From: an uncultured Gammaproteobacteria bacterium
GTDB lineage: Bacteria; Pseudomonadota; Gammaproteobacteria; Steroidobacterales; Steroidobacteraceae
Length of the DNA stretch: 64,000 nt
Direction of reading: 5' to 3'
Assembly: GCA_963710135.1 (NCBI GenBank)
Contig: CAVPYY010000010.1
Span: 65,833-129,832, forward strand
Position 1 is the stretch's first letter, and each line of letters begins with the position of its first letter. The notes under the pieces were generated by a model. The model searched no databases. It was not told the DNA's origin and was given only the letters and a program-made list of their open reading frames with translations. A program made the position numbers and the translations under genes. Positions 21,145 through 33,634 of the stretch are shown one piece after another.

Positions 21145-22113
21145 GACAGCGCCTGGTGCCAGGGACGACTGGCGCGCCAGAAGCGCACGCGGTCGATCGA
21201 TCGGCAGGTCAGCGTCTCGCGGCCCAGCATCAGCCGCAGCACGTCGAGATGGCCCGCGCCGAGCGCCGCCCGCAGCGGCCCGAACCAGCTCTCCTCGGCG
21301 GCGAGCAAGGCGCGCGCCGGCTCAGGATCGAGCGCGTCGAGGCGCAATGACACGACCTGTCCCGCCGCCTCCGGGCCTTGCGCCGCGCTGTAGCGCGCCG
21401 GCAGCGGCTGCGGCGCCGCCCCAGCAGAGCGCCACGCGGCTTGCAGGAAGGCGTCGTCGCTCGCGAGCCGCTGGCAGCGATGCTCGCGGCGGCGGCAAGA
21501 GACGACCCGTCGCCGCACCCCAGATCCACAATGCGTTGCACGGCGGCGCGCCGCGCGATTCGCGGCGCCGGTTGACCGCATGGTCGTGCAGCCACATCTG
21601 CATCTCGGTGAGCAGGCGCCGCAGCCAGGCCGCATCGGTGCCCTGCGGCAGCAAGGCGGACGCTTCGCGGCCGAGCACGTCGGCCGGATCGTGGGTGTCG
21701 ACCTGGATCGCGCGCGGCAGTTCGAGCAACCCCTGGCCGTCGCGGAACTCGAGCCGGTAGCCGTCGGCGCCGAACCCCTCGCCGAAGCTCTCGGCCAGGT
21801 CGTGCTGTTCGTCGGCGTCGAGCCTGAGCAACCCCGCCGGATGGAGATGCACGGTCTCGAGCCCGGCCAGCAGGCAAACGGGCGTCGCCAGCGCCCAGTG
21901 TCCCGGCCGGTCCGCGATGGTGGCGGCCAGCGGCAGCGGGCCATCGCACTGGAAGCCAGCGGATTCGAGCAACGCCTGGCGCCAGCCCGACGGCGCGAGC
22001 GCCTCGCGCCGGCCGCGCGCGAGCAGCCATTCCAGGGCGGGCAGGCGCGGCGGCGTGACGTCGCTGCGCGCCGGGCGCGTGAAGTCGGGAATGACCAGTT
22101 GGAGGCTGTGCAT
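21141..22113 (-). pseudogene. RpfE-type regulatory protein (phosphoglycerate-mutase-like superfamily), one frameshift as sequenced
   Basis: ATG at 22111-22113 gives MHSLQLVIPDFTRPARSD...NALWIWGAATG, readable to ~21,495. The C-terminal part (RLASDDAFLQAAWRSAG...[16 protein letters not shown]) continues in the frame of ORF 21141..22142. The family call is from memory of genes next to recJ in xanthomonads. Confidence 0.45.
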
Positions 22114-22167
22114 CGGGGCGCCATGATACGGCACGACTCCACCGGCAGCGGTTATAGTCGCGGCATC

Positions 22168-22539
22168 ATGAAGTTCACGCTCGAAAAAGCGGGCGACCTG
22201 AACGTCGTCACGAGTCATGGCCCCGGCGAAGTTCGCCTGGGTGAGCGGCGCTACACGCAGAGCCTGATCGTCACCGGCACAGCGATCCTCGCCGACTGGC
22301 CGGTCGCGAGCGCCGAGTCGCTCCGTGCCAGCGATTTCGGGTCGCTGCTGGAACTGTCGCCGGAAATCGTCGTGCTCGGCACCGGCGCCCGCCAGGTGTT
22401 CCCGGACCCGCAGGTGTTCGCGGAACTCGCCGGCCGCGGCGTCGGATTCGAAGTCATGGACAACGGCGCGGCCTGCCGCACCTACAACGTGCTGCTCGCC
22501 GAGAGCCGCCAGGTCGCGCTCGCGCTCATCCTGCCGTGA
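22168..22539 (+). CDS. Mth938-like domain protein (DUF498)
   Basis: ATG at 22168 gives 123 aa: MKFTLEKAGDLNVVTSHGPGEVRLGERRYTQSLIV...EIVVLGTGARQVFP...GVGFEVMDNGAACRTYNVL. This is the typical Mth938/NDUFAF3-like pattern. Confidence 0.6.
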   Translation: MKFTLEKAGDLNVVTSHGPGEVRLGERRYTQSLIVTGTAILADWPVASAESLRASDFGSLLELSPEIVVLGTGARQVFPDPQVFAELAGRGVGFEVMDNGAACRTYNVLLAESRQVALALILP

Positions 22540-22543
22540 CCTC

Positions 22544-22628
22544 GGGGACTGTCCCCGCAGGGGACTGTCCCCGTCGCGGCACCAACGTGGGGACTGTCCC
22601 CGCAGGGGACTGTCCCCGTCGCGGCACC
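22544..22628. repeat. two tandem 40-nt units (period 45 nt), each with two GGGGACTGTCCCC palindromes
   Basis: The unit ggggactgtccccgcaggggactgtccccgtcgcggcacc occurs identically at 22544-22583 and 22589-22628. Confidence 0.9.
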
Positions 22629-22861
22629 CTTCCCGGCATACCGCGGAACGCTTGCACTACGCGGGTCTCTCTACTCCTGTAGAGCCTCTTGCTCGCTCCG
22701 AAAGCCAAAAGTCGCTCGCAAGAGGCCTACAGTCGTCCTCGACCCGCGCTCGGGGACTGTCCCCGCAGGGGACTGTCCCCGCTCAGGCACTCACCCGTGG
22801 CCAGGCTCGCCTCATCGGGGCTCCCGCTGCCGCAGGCGGGCGAAGACGACCGTGGCCCCTT

Positions 22862-23033
22862 CCGTAGTGAGTTTGGCTTCCCGAACGGAGGAAGGGGCCA
22901 CGGAAGTAGGGAGCCCGCCGGGCACGAGGTCAGTGCATCGTCGAGGCGGGCTGAACGATGACCTCGGCCGTAGTGAGTTTGGCTTCCCGAACGGAGGAAG
23001 GGGCCACGGAAGTAGGGAGCCCGCCGGGCACGA
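22862..23033. repeat. 66-nt perfect direct repeat pair inside cluster A
   Basis: ccgtagtgagtttggcttcccgaacggaggaaggggccacggaagtagggagcccgccgggcacga occurs at 22862-22927 and again at 22968-23033 (identical by eye). Confidence 0.85.
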
Positions 23034-23159
23034 CGCGTGCTCCGCAGATCGGGCGCAAGCCACTGTGGTAGGGAGCACGCCAGGCCGGGACTTCCCGCAT
23101 GAACTGGCCACATCGCTGGCCTACACTACGCGCCGCCCAGTGACTCCGCGGAGCCTCGC

Positions 23160-24140
23160 ATGACCTCGCCCTCGACGCGCATCACCCGGACGTTCGCGCT
23201 GCTCGCTGCTATCGCCAGCACGGCGGCGTGGGCGGATCCCCTGCCGGTGCGCAACCAGAACCCGCTGCTCGCGCCTTATGGCCTGCCGGGACCGCTGCCC
23301 GCACGGTTGCCCGAGCCGGGGCAGTGGCGCGCCGGCGTGATGACGAATGTCGCCAACGCCGCCGATACGGAACGCGCCGGTGACCTCTCCTATACGCTCG
23401 ACGCGGAAGCGCTGGAATTCCGGCTGCACGTGGAACGCGGCCTCGGGTCGCGCCTGGCGCTCCGTGCGGAGCTGCCCTGGCGGCAGGTCAGCGCCGGCTC
23501 GCTCGACAGCGTGGTCGAGAACTGGCACGACATCTTCGGCTTCGCGGACGGGCCGCGCGCGGTGCTGCCGCGCGACGAGCTGCTGATCGAGTTCACGGTG
23601 GACAACACCACGCTGCTCGGCATCGACCGCTCGCGCTCCGGCGTCGCCGACATCCCGCTGTCGCTCGGCTACGCGCTGCTGGCCGACGAGACCCGCGCGC
23701 TGTCGCTGTGGCTCGGCGTCAAGCTGCCGACCGGCGCGGCCGCGGATCTGACCGGCAGCGGCGCGGTGGACGTTTCGCTGAGCCTGGCCGGCGAGACGGC
23801 GCTCGCCGAGCGCTGGAAGTTGTTTGGCCAGCTCGACGCGGTGCGGCTCGGTGAAGGCGACCTGCTGCCGTCACTGCAGAAGGATTTCGCCTGGTCGGCG
23901 CTCGCGGGTTTGAGCTGGAACGCCTGGCGCCGGCTCACGCTGACGGCACAGGTCGCCGCGAACTCCGCGGTGTTTGCGGGCAGTGGCACGAACCTGGCCG
24001 GCGATGCCGTGCTGATGTCGTTTGCCGGCAGCTACGTGACCGCGAACGGTTGGCAGGTCGTGGTCGGCTTCAGCGAGGACGTCGAGGTCCGCGCGTCGCC
24101 GGACGTCGCATTCCACCTGGGCCTCAGCCGCGCATTCTGA
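23160..24140 (+). CDS. putative outer-membrane beta-barrel protein (DUF3187-like)
   Basis: 326 aa with a signal peptide (...FALLAAIASTAAWA/DP) and alternating amphipathic strands. It ends in an aromatic residue (HLGLSRAF) as in OMP barrels. The family assignment is from memory only. Confidence 0.45.
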   Translation: MTSPSTRITRTFALLAAIASTAAWADPLPVRNQNPLLAPYGLPGPLPARLPEPGQWRAGVMTNVANAADTERAGDLSYTLDAEALEFRLHVERGLGSRLALRAELPWRQVSAGSLDSVVENWHDIFGFADGPRAVLPRDELLIEFTVDNTTLLGIDRSRSGVADIPLSLGYALLADETRALSLWLGVKLPTGAAADLTGSGAVDVSLSLAGETALAERWKLFGQLDAVRLGEGDLLPSLQKDFAWSALAGLSWNAWRRLTLTAQVAANSAVFAGSGTNLAGDAVLMSFAGSYVTANGWQVVVGFSEDVEVRASPDVAFHLGLSRAF

Positions 24141-24142
24141 GC

Positions 24143-24853
24143 TCAGCGCCGCGGCAGCTGGCTCAGGGGATCGACCGGCTTGCCTTCATAGCGCATCTCG
24201 AAATAGAGCATCGGCGCCTGGGCGGGACCGAGACCCATGGTGGCGATGCGCTGGCCCTTCCGCACTTGCTGGTTCTCGGCGACCAGGACGCTGGAATTGT
24301 GCCCGTAGGCGGACAGCCAGCCGCGCTCGTGGGTGATGATGATGAGCTGCCCGTAGCCGCGCAGCCCGCTTCCGGTATAGACGACCTTGCCGTCCGCCGC
24401 GGCCAGCACTGGCTGGCCCAGGGTGCCGTCGATGCGCAGGCCCACGCCGCCTGACGGCTGGCGCACCGGCCCTGCTGCGCGGCCGCCCTCGACGGGCCAG
24501 CCGAATGGTGGCGGCGCGGCGGCGGGAGGCGGCGCTCGCGGCGCCGGTGCGCGTGCAACGGTCGGCCGCGCCGGTGCGCCGGCCGGTCCGCGCAGCACCA
24601 GGCGCTGGCCGACGTTGATGCGATAGTCACGGCCGATGCCGTTCCAGCGCGCGATGTCGCGGTAATCGAGGCCGTAACGCCAGCCGATCGAGTACAGGGT
24701 ATCCCCGGCCTTGACCGTGTAGGTTGCGGGGGGACTGGTCCGGCGCGGCTCGCCTCCGCAGCCGCCGAGCAGCGCGCCCAGCGCCAGGCACACGATGCCA
24801 AAGCGCAAGCAGGACAGCCATGCAGCGGACGTTGTCGACAGGCCGGGTCGCAT
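24143..24853 (-). CDS. nlpD: murein hydrolase activator lipoprotein NlpD (LysM + M23 domains)
   Basis: ATG at 24851-24853 gives a 236-aa protein with lipobox LLGGC and LysM YTVKAGDTLYSIGWRYGLDYRDIARWN. It has a Pro/Ala linker and an M23 domain (GQLIIITHERGWLSAYGHNS...). Confidence 0.85.
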   Translation of the reverse strand: MRPGLSTTSAAWLSCLRFGIVCLALGALLGGCGGEPRRTSPPATYTVKAGDTLYSIGWRYGLDYRDIARWNGIGRDYRINVGQRLVLRGPAGAPARPTVARAPAPRAPPPAAAPPPFGWPVEGGRAAGPVRQPSGGVGLRIDGTLGQPVLAAADGKVVYTGSGLRGYGQLIIITHERGWLSAYGHNSSVLVAENQQVRKGQRIATMGLGPAQAPMLYFEMRYEGKPVDPLSQLPRR

Positions 24854-24858
24854 CGACC

Positions 24859-25491
24859 CTACGATACCCCACCGACGAGTGGCACGAAGCTCACGAACCC
24901 CAACCGCTCGCGCGCGTACTGGTCGCCACGGCGCGTGATGCGCAGCAATTCCTGCTGCCCCTCCGGCCCCACCGGCACGACCAGCCGCCCGCCCTCCTTC
25001 AGCTGGGCGAGCAGCGCCCGCGGCACGGCATGCGGCGCCGCGGCGACGATGATGGCGTCGAATGGCGCCTGGCTCTTCCAGCCGTCCGCACCGTCGGCGT
25101 GCTTGAACTTGACGTTCTTGATGCCGAGTTCGCGGATGCGCGCCCGGGCCTTGTCGAGCAGCGGCCCGATGCGCTCGATGCTGTACAGCTGCCCGACCAG
25201 TGGCGCCAGCACCGCGGTCTGGTAGCCACAGCCCGTGCCGACCTCCAGCACCTTCTCCGGCGTGCCGCCGACCGTGATGGCCTCGGTCATGCGCGCGACG
25301 ACGTAGGGCTGCGAGATGGTCTGGCCGTGGCCGATGGGCAGCGCAGTGTCCTCGTAGGCGCGGCTCGAGAGCGCCTCGTCGACGAACAGGTGCCGCGGCA
25401 CGTTGCGAATGCGGTCGAGCACCTGGGGATCGCGGATCCCCTGCTCGACCAGCCGCTGGATCAGCCGCTCGCGGGTGCGAGCCGAGGTCAT
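24859..25491 (-). CDS. pcm: protein-L-isoaspartate O-methyltransferase
   Basis: Start MTSARTRERLIQRLVEQGIRDPQVLDRIRNVPRHLFVDEAL aligns with the E. coli Pcm N-terminus. It has GHGQTISQPYVVARM and the SAM motif VLEVGTGCGYQTAVLA. An alternative upstream start at 25548 would overlap surE. Confidence 0.9.
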   Translation of the reverse strand: MTSARTRERLIQRLVEQGIRDPQVLDRIRNVPRHLFVDEALSSRAYEDTALPIGHGQTISQPYVVARMTEAITVGGTPEKVLEVGTGCGYQTAVLAPLVGQLYSIERIGPLLDKARARIRELGIKNVKFKHADGADGWKSQAPFDAIIVAAAPHAVPRALLAQLKEGGRLVVPVGPEGQQELLRITRRGDQYARERLGFVSFVPLVGGVS

Positions 25492-25523
25492 GCCGATGCC
25501 GGAGGCGCCGCCTGCGCCGCTGC

Positions 25524-26285
25524 TCACCGGCCGGCCCCAGCGAGCCACGTGCCGAGACTCTCGAGCGCGCTGTGGCGGGTGAGATCGACCTGCAGGGGCG
25601 TGACCGAGACGTAGCCATCCTCGACGGCAGCAAAGTCCGTACCCGGCCCGGCGTCCTGCCCCGGACCGGCCAGGCCCACCCAGAAGATCGGCCGGCCGCG
25701 CGGGTCGTGGGATTTCACGACCGCTTCGGCCCGGTGCCGATAGCCGAGACGGGTCGCGCGCATCCCCTTGAGCTGCTCGTACGGAACATCCGGCACATTG
25801 ACGTTGAGAATGGTCGACTGGGGCAGCGGCTCCCGCAGCAGCCGCTCGACCAGCTCGCGCGCGACCCGCGCACCGGTCGCGAAGTGCTGCGGCGGCCCCG
25901 ACACCGGCACCAGCGACATGGCGATGGTGGGCAGGCCCAGGAACCGGCCCTCGATGGCCGCCGCCACCGTTCCGGAATAGAGCACGTCGTCACCGAGATT
26001 GGCGCCATCGTTGACGCCGGACACGACCATGTCGAAGTCCTCGTCGAACATGCCGGTGATGGCGAGATGCACGCAGTCCGTGGGCGTGCCGTTGATGACG
26101 TACCAGGTATCCTCATCCGCCTGCTGCACGCGCAGCGGCATGTCGAGGGTCAGCGAGTTGCTGGCACCGCTGCGGTTGCGGTCCGGGGCCACCACGGTCA
26201 GCGGCGCCACCCCGGCGAGTGCCGCCTTGAGCGCTGCGAGACCGGGCGCGCGATAGCCGTCGTCGTTGGCGAGCAGGATTTTCAA
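25524..26285 (-). CDS. surE: 5'/3'-nucleotidase SurE
   Basis: The TTG at 26283-26285 gives [20 protein letters not shown]... (SurE N-terminal signature). The ORF-track start at 26375 adds a non-conserved extension. The surE-pcm-nlpD order is conserved. Confidence 0.9.
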   Translation of the reverse strand: MKILLANDDGYRAPGLAALKAALAGVAPLTVVAPDRNRSGASNSLTLDMPLRVQQADEDTWYVINGTPTDCVHLAITGMFDEDFDMVVSGVNDGANLGDDVLYSGTVAAAIEGRFLGLPTIAMSLVPVSGPPQHFATGARVARELVERLLREPLPQSTILNVNVPDVPYEQLKGMRATRLGYRHRAEAVVKSHDPRGRPIFWVGLAGPGQDAGPGTDFAAVEDGYVSVTPLQVDLTRHSALESLGTWLAGAGR

Positions 26286-26440
26286 TGTCTTGGTCTGGCG
26301 TGCCCGCGCTGGGTCGTATGGCTGGGGACGGGCGGGGACTATACTCGAAAGCGATGCCGACGTGACCCGCGGCATGCCGCGGAACCGCTCCCGGCACCGC
26401 CGGTCACAGAGGGCAGCGACCCGGCAGCGGATGAGCAGGC

Positions 26441-26971
26441 ATGACGGCCGAGGATGACAAGCAGCTGTTTCGGACCGCGGTCGCCGATGCCCGGCAGATC
26501 ACCCACGATCGCCACGTGCCGCTGCCGCCGCGGCCGCGCGCCCGTGCCGCGTTTCGCCGCGCCGACGAGCTGGCCGTCCTGGATGAGTCGCTGCGCCATG
26601 ACCCCGCCGAGCTCGGCGTCGAGACAGGCGACGAGATACTGCACAGCCGCCGCGGCCTGTCCGACGGGCTGCTCAAGGACCTGCGCCGCGGCCGCTTCGC
26701 GATCGAGGACGAACTCGACCTGCACGGCCTGACCGCGAACCAGGCCCGCGACGCGGTGCGCGGATTCCTGGCGGCGGCGACGTACCGGCGGCTGCGTTGC
26801 GTGCGCATCATCCACGGCAAGGGCCGCGGCTCGGGGCCGCGCGGACCGGTGCTGAAGAAGTCGGTCAACCTCTGGTTGCGCAAGCACGACGCGGTGATCG
26901 CGTTCTGCTCGGCCAAGCCCGCGCACGGCGGCACCGGCGCCATCTACGTGTTGCTGGCCCGGCCCGCCTGA
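26441..26971 (+). CDS. Smr-domain protein (SmrA/YdaL-like nuclease)
   Basis: 176 aa with a C-terminal Smr domain: [20 protein letters not shown]...[11 protein letters not shown]... Confidence 0.75.
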   Translation: MTAEDDKQLFRTAVADARQITHDRHVPLPPRPRARAAFRRADELAVLDESLRHDPAELGVETGDEILHSRRGLSDGLLKDLRRGRFAIEDELDLHGLTANQARDAVRGFLAAATYRRLRCVRIIHGKGRGSGPRGPVLKKSVNLWLRKHDAVIAFCSAKPAHGGTGAIYVLLARPA

Positions 26972-26986
26972 ATTCGACGGCTGCGG

Positions 26987-28069
26987 TCAGTCCGTCTCGG
27001 GCTCGGCGATCGCGGCCGTGCCGGTGTCCACCAGTTCGCGCAGCACCGACGTCGCGAAGGCGCCGCGCGGCAGCCGGAAGCTCAATTCCAGCACAGCGCC
27101 GTCGAGATTCCAGAGCAGGTCCGCGACCGGCACGCGCAGCGCGCGCCGCGAGCCGTCGACGCCCGCGGCGGCGAGCCGCTCCACCAGCGGCTGGAACGGC
27201 TCGAGCACCGACTGCTCCAGCGCGAACGCGGCGCCCGCAGGCAGCTTGCCGCCGCGACCCGGCAGCGGACCGGTCGGGTGCACGTCGCAGGCGCTGCAAC
27301 GCCCGGCGAGGATGTCGTCGATGACCTCCGCCTGGAATACGCTGGCCGAGCCCGCCAGATTGACGACCTCGCCGTCCATCAGCCGCGACCAGCTGCCCGC
27401 GCGCACCCGCGCGTCGAGCACCGCGTTGAACAGGAGCGAGCGGGCGCTCGACAGCACGAAGCCGCGCTCCTCCCGGTCACGCGGCAGCGGGGCACCACTC
27501 ATCCAGTCGTGCACGCGTTCGAGATTCGCGCCGTCGCGGCCGAAGCGCTGCGCGCCGAAGTAGCCGGGCACGCCCGCCTCCCTCACCGTCTGCAGTCGCG
27601 CGGCGAGCGAATCGCTGTCTCCCTGCAGCTCGCGCACCGTGATGCGAAAGCGGTTGCCCGCCAGCGCCCCGCGCTTCAGCTTGCGGGAATGGGCATGCGC
27701 CTCGAGCACGCGGAAACCCTCGCCGGCGCAACCCGCCCAGTCCACGCCCGGCCTGGCCGGCACCGTGAACCACTGCAGTGCGACGGCGTGGCGGTCCTTC
27801 AAGCCCGCGAATCCGACATCGGCCGGACGAACCCCGGCATGCCTGGCCAGTGCGCGCGCCACATAGAGCGTGTTGGCGTCGGTCTTCTCTACCCGCAGCA
27901 GCCGGTGGGCCACACCGGCGTCCGGCTCGAAGCCGAGCAGTTCCTCGACCATGAAGTCCGCCGCCGTGGCCCGCAGCACGCCCTGGGCCGGCGGGCCGCC
28001 GTGCGCCTGGGCAGGCGACAGCGCCACCGCTCGCCATGCGGCGGGCACGCCGTCCTGCGCGCCGCTCAT
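26987..28069 (-). CDS. truD: tRNA pseudouridine(13) synthase TruD
   Basis: ATG at 28067-28069 ([12 protein letters not shown]...) gives 360 aa with [16 protein letters not shown] (catalytic Asp) and YFGAQRFG. The start forms an ATGA overlap with the ispF stop. Confidence 0.9.
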   Translation of the reverse strand: MSGAQDGVPAAWRAVALSPAQAHGGPPAQGVLRATAADFMVEELLGFEPDAGVAHRLLRVEKTDANTLYVARALARHAGVRPADVGFAGLKDRHAVALQWFTVPARPGVDWAGCAGEGFRVLEAHAHSRKLKRGALAGNRFRITVRELQGDSDSLAARLQTVREAGVPGYFGAQRFGRDGANLERVHDWMSGAPLPRDREERGFVLSSARSLLFNAVLDARVRAGSWSRLMDGEVVNLAGSASVFQAEVIDDILAGRCSACDVHPTGPLPGRGGKLPAGAAFALEQSVLEPFQPLVERLAAAGVDGSRRALRVPVADLLWNLDGAVLELSFRLPRGAFATSVLRELVDTGTAAIAEPETD

Positions 28070-28557
28070 GACCTGCCCGCGGAATCGGCCGGCATCAGCA
28101 GCACCACCGCCTGCGCGGCGAGACCCTCGCCGCGCCCGGTGAAGCCGAGTCCCTCCGTGGTCGTCGCCTTGACCCCGACGCAGCCCGGATCGACGCCGAG
28201 GTCGGACGCGATATTGGCGCGCATGGCCTCGCGATGTGGTGCGAGTCGCGGGCGCTCGCCGATCAGGGTCACGTCGCAGTTGCCGACCCGGTATCCCGCA
28301 CGGGCGGCCAGGCCCACCACGTGCCGGAGCAACACGCGGCTGTCGGCACCGCGCCAGGCCGGGTCGCTGTCCGGGAAATGCTGCCCGATGTCGCCGGCGG
28401 CGATCGCGCCGAGGATGGCGTCGGCCAGCGCGTGCAAGACCACGTCGCCATCCGAGTGCGCACGCAGGCCGCGATCGTGCTCGATGCGCACGCCGCCCAG
28501 CACGACGTGATCGCCCTCGGTGAAGGCATGGACGTCGAAGCCGTTGCCGATCTTCAT
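28066..28557 (-). CDS. ispF: 2-C-methyl-D-erythritol 2,4-cyclodiphosphate synthase
   Basis: 163 aa: [12 protein letters not shown]...[18 protein letters not shown]...[14 protein letters not shown]. The start forms an ATGA overlap with the ispD stop. Confidence 0.95.
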   Translation of the reverse strand: MKIGNGFDVHAFTEGDHVVLGGVRIEHDRGLRAHSDGDVVLHALADAILGAIAAGDIGQHFPDSDPAWRGADSRVLLRHVVGLAARAGYRVGNCDVTLIGERPRLAPHREAMRANIASDLGVDPGCVGVKATTTEGLGFTGRGEGLAAQAVVLLMPADSAGRS

Positions 28558-29258
28558 CAGGACTGACTCCCTCTGGCGGAGATGACGCTCTCGGCGAAAG
28601 CAAGGTCGGCGGGCCGGGTGATCTTGACGTTGAGCGAAGAGCCCTCGACCAGGCGCGGCGCCAGCCCGAGGTGCTCCACCGCCGCTGCCTCGTCCGAGGG
28701 GTTCTGCCCGCCGGCCAGCGCCGACTCCAGCGCCCGCAGCAGCAGCTGCCGGGAAAACATCTGCGGCGTCAGCGCGCGCCACAGCTGCGCGCGGTCCACC
28801 GTGGCCTGCACGCGTCCGGCCGCGTCGTCGCGCTTCAGGGTGTCCGCCAGCGGCACGGCCAGCAGACCGCCGACCTCATCGTCTTCGCAGGCCCCGATCA
28901 AGGCGTCGAGTTCCGGCGCCGACAGGCACGGCCGCGCGGCATCGTGCACCAGCACCCAGTCGTGATCGCCGGCAGCGGCGAGCGCGCGCAGCCCGTTCAG
29001 CACCGAGTGGGCCCGCTCCGGGCCACCCGTCGCGCGCTGCACCCTGTCGCGCAGCGCCGGCGGCAGCGCGCTCCAGCGGCGGTCGTCCGCGGCGGTGACC
29101 ACGACGCCGCCACGAATCCGCGGGTGCGCGAGTAGCGGCGCGAGGCTGTGCTCGAGCACGGTCTTGCCCGCCAGCGGCAGATAGGGCTTGGGGATGGCTG
29201 CGGCCATGCGGCGCGACGCGCCGGCGGCCGGCACGACGAACCAGATCGACCTGGGCAT
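28557..29258 (-). CDS. ispD: 2-C-methyl-D-erythritol 4-phosphate cytidylyltransferase
   Basis: 233 aa starting [13 protein letters not shown]...[16 protein letters not shown], with an IspD-type nucleotide-binding N-terminus. Confidence 0.9.
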   Translation of the reverse strand: MPRSIWFVVPAAGASRRMAAAIPKPYLPLAGKTVLEHSLAPLLAHPRIRGGVVVTAADDRRWSALPPALRDRVQRATGGPERAHSVLNGLRALAAAGDHDWVLVHDAARPCLSAPELDALIGACEDDEVGGLLAVPLADTLKRDDAAGRVQATVDRAQLWRALTPQMFSRQLLLRALESALAGGQNPSDEAAAVEHLGLAPRLVEGSSLNVKITRPADLAFAESVISARGSQS

Positions 29259-29263
29259 CGAGG

Positions 29264-29596
29264 CTACCGGCTCGCCGCCTGGGTCGTCACCGGTGCCGGC
29301 TGCGCCGACAGGCCGGGCAGGTCGTGGCCATCGACAACCTGGTAGAAAGTCTCGCGCGGGCCGACCATGCCGAGATCGTGGCGCGCGCGTTCTTCCAGTG
29401 CGGTCAGGCCCTGCTTCAGGTCCTGCACTTCCGCCTTCAGCTGGTTGTTGCGCTCGGCCAGCTGGGAATTCTCCGCGGCCTGCTGCGCGACCGCGTCACG
29501 CAGCTGCCAGACCTCCCGGATGCCCTCGTCGGACATCCACAGGCGGTACTGCAACAGTACGAAGGCGACAGCCAACAGTCCCGCAAAGAGCTTCAT
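29264..29596 (-). CDS. ftsB: cell division protein FtsB
   Basis: 110 aa with an N-terminal TM helix (LFAGLLAVAFVLLQYRLW), a coiled coil, and ERARHDLGMV. It sits between eno and ispD as in many gammaproteobacteria. Confidence 0.85.
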   Translation of the reverse strand: MKLFAGLLAVAFVLLQYRLWMSDEGIREVWQLRDAVAQQAAENSQLAERNNQLKAEVQDLKQGLTALEERARHDLGMVGPRETFYQVVDGHDLPGLSAQPAPVTTQAASR

Positions 29597-29719
29597 GGGG
29601 CAAAAAGTCTACCATGTTCGGGACGTTGCGGAACAATCTTCACAATCCACGGACCCCCGGGTCGCGGGCCATTTTGGCATTTCCGGGCGGCTCGAACATG
29701 GCCTGGCAGACCCTCGAGC

Positions 29720-33557
<3,838 letters not shown>

Positions 33558-33634
33558 TTACGACGGGATTCCAGTCTACGGGAGACGACGCCGTTTCTCC
33601 AGTGAGCATGACCCGCCGCCGCGGCGCGCGGAGC

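Larger units (their letters stand above)
22544..23100. repeat. mosaic cluster A of REP-like palindromic repeats (non-coding)
   Basis: Starts 4 nt after the stop of the preceding gene. Modules: paired GGGGACTGTCCCC palindromes (22544-22572, 22589-22617, 22752-22780); a GTAG...CTAC long hairpin (22689-22740); a hairpin CCGTGGCCCCTTCC...GGAAGGGGCCACGG (22850-22903); and GTAGGGAGCCCGCCGGGCAC cores. Positions 22544-22927 are the near-identical reverse complement of 36306-36685. Confidence 0.85.

Noticed and set aside
22544-22780. Possible CRISPR array, because GGGGACTGTCCCC recurs six times.
   Set aside because: The repeats are only 13 nt, self-complementary and separated by 3-4 nt or irregular distances. 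There are no ~30-nt unique spacers and no cas genes in the window. The same modules recur inverted at 36.4-36.7 kb, which is REP/BIME-like behaviour.
22325-23163. ORF-track entries crossing the repeat clusters as candidate small proteins (22325..22867, 22727..23113, 22852..23163, 35977..36429, 36188..36418, 36521..36709).
   Set aside because: They read through palindromic repeats on both strands and have no start context. Their amino-acid sequences simply mirror the repeat modules (e.g. [10 protein letters not shown] repeated). The 3' extension of ORF 36281..38443 past 36,685 is likewise a non-coding read-through after a dnaE frameshift.
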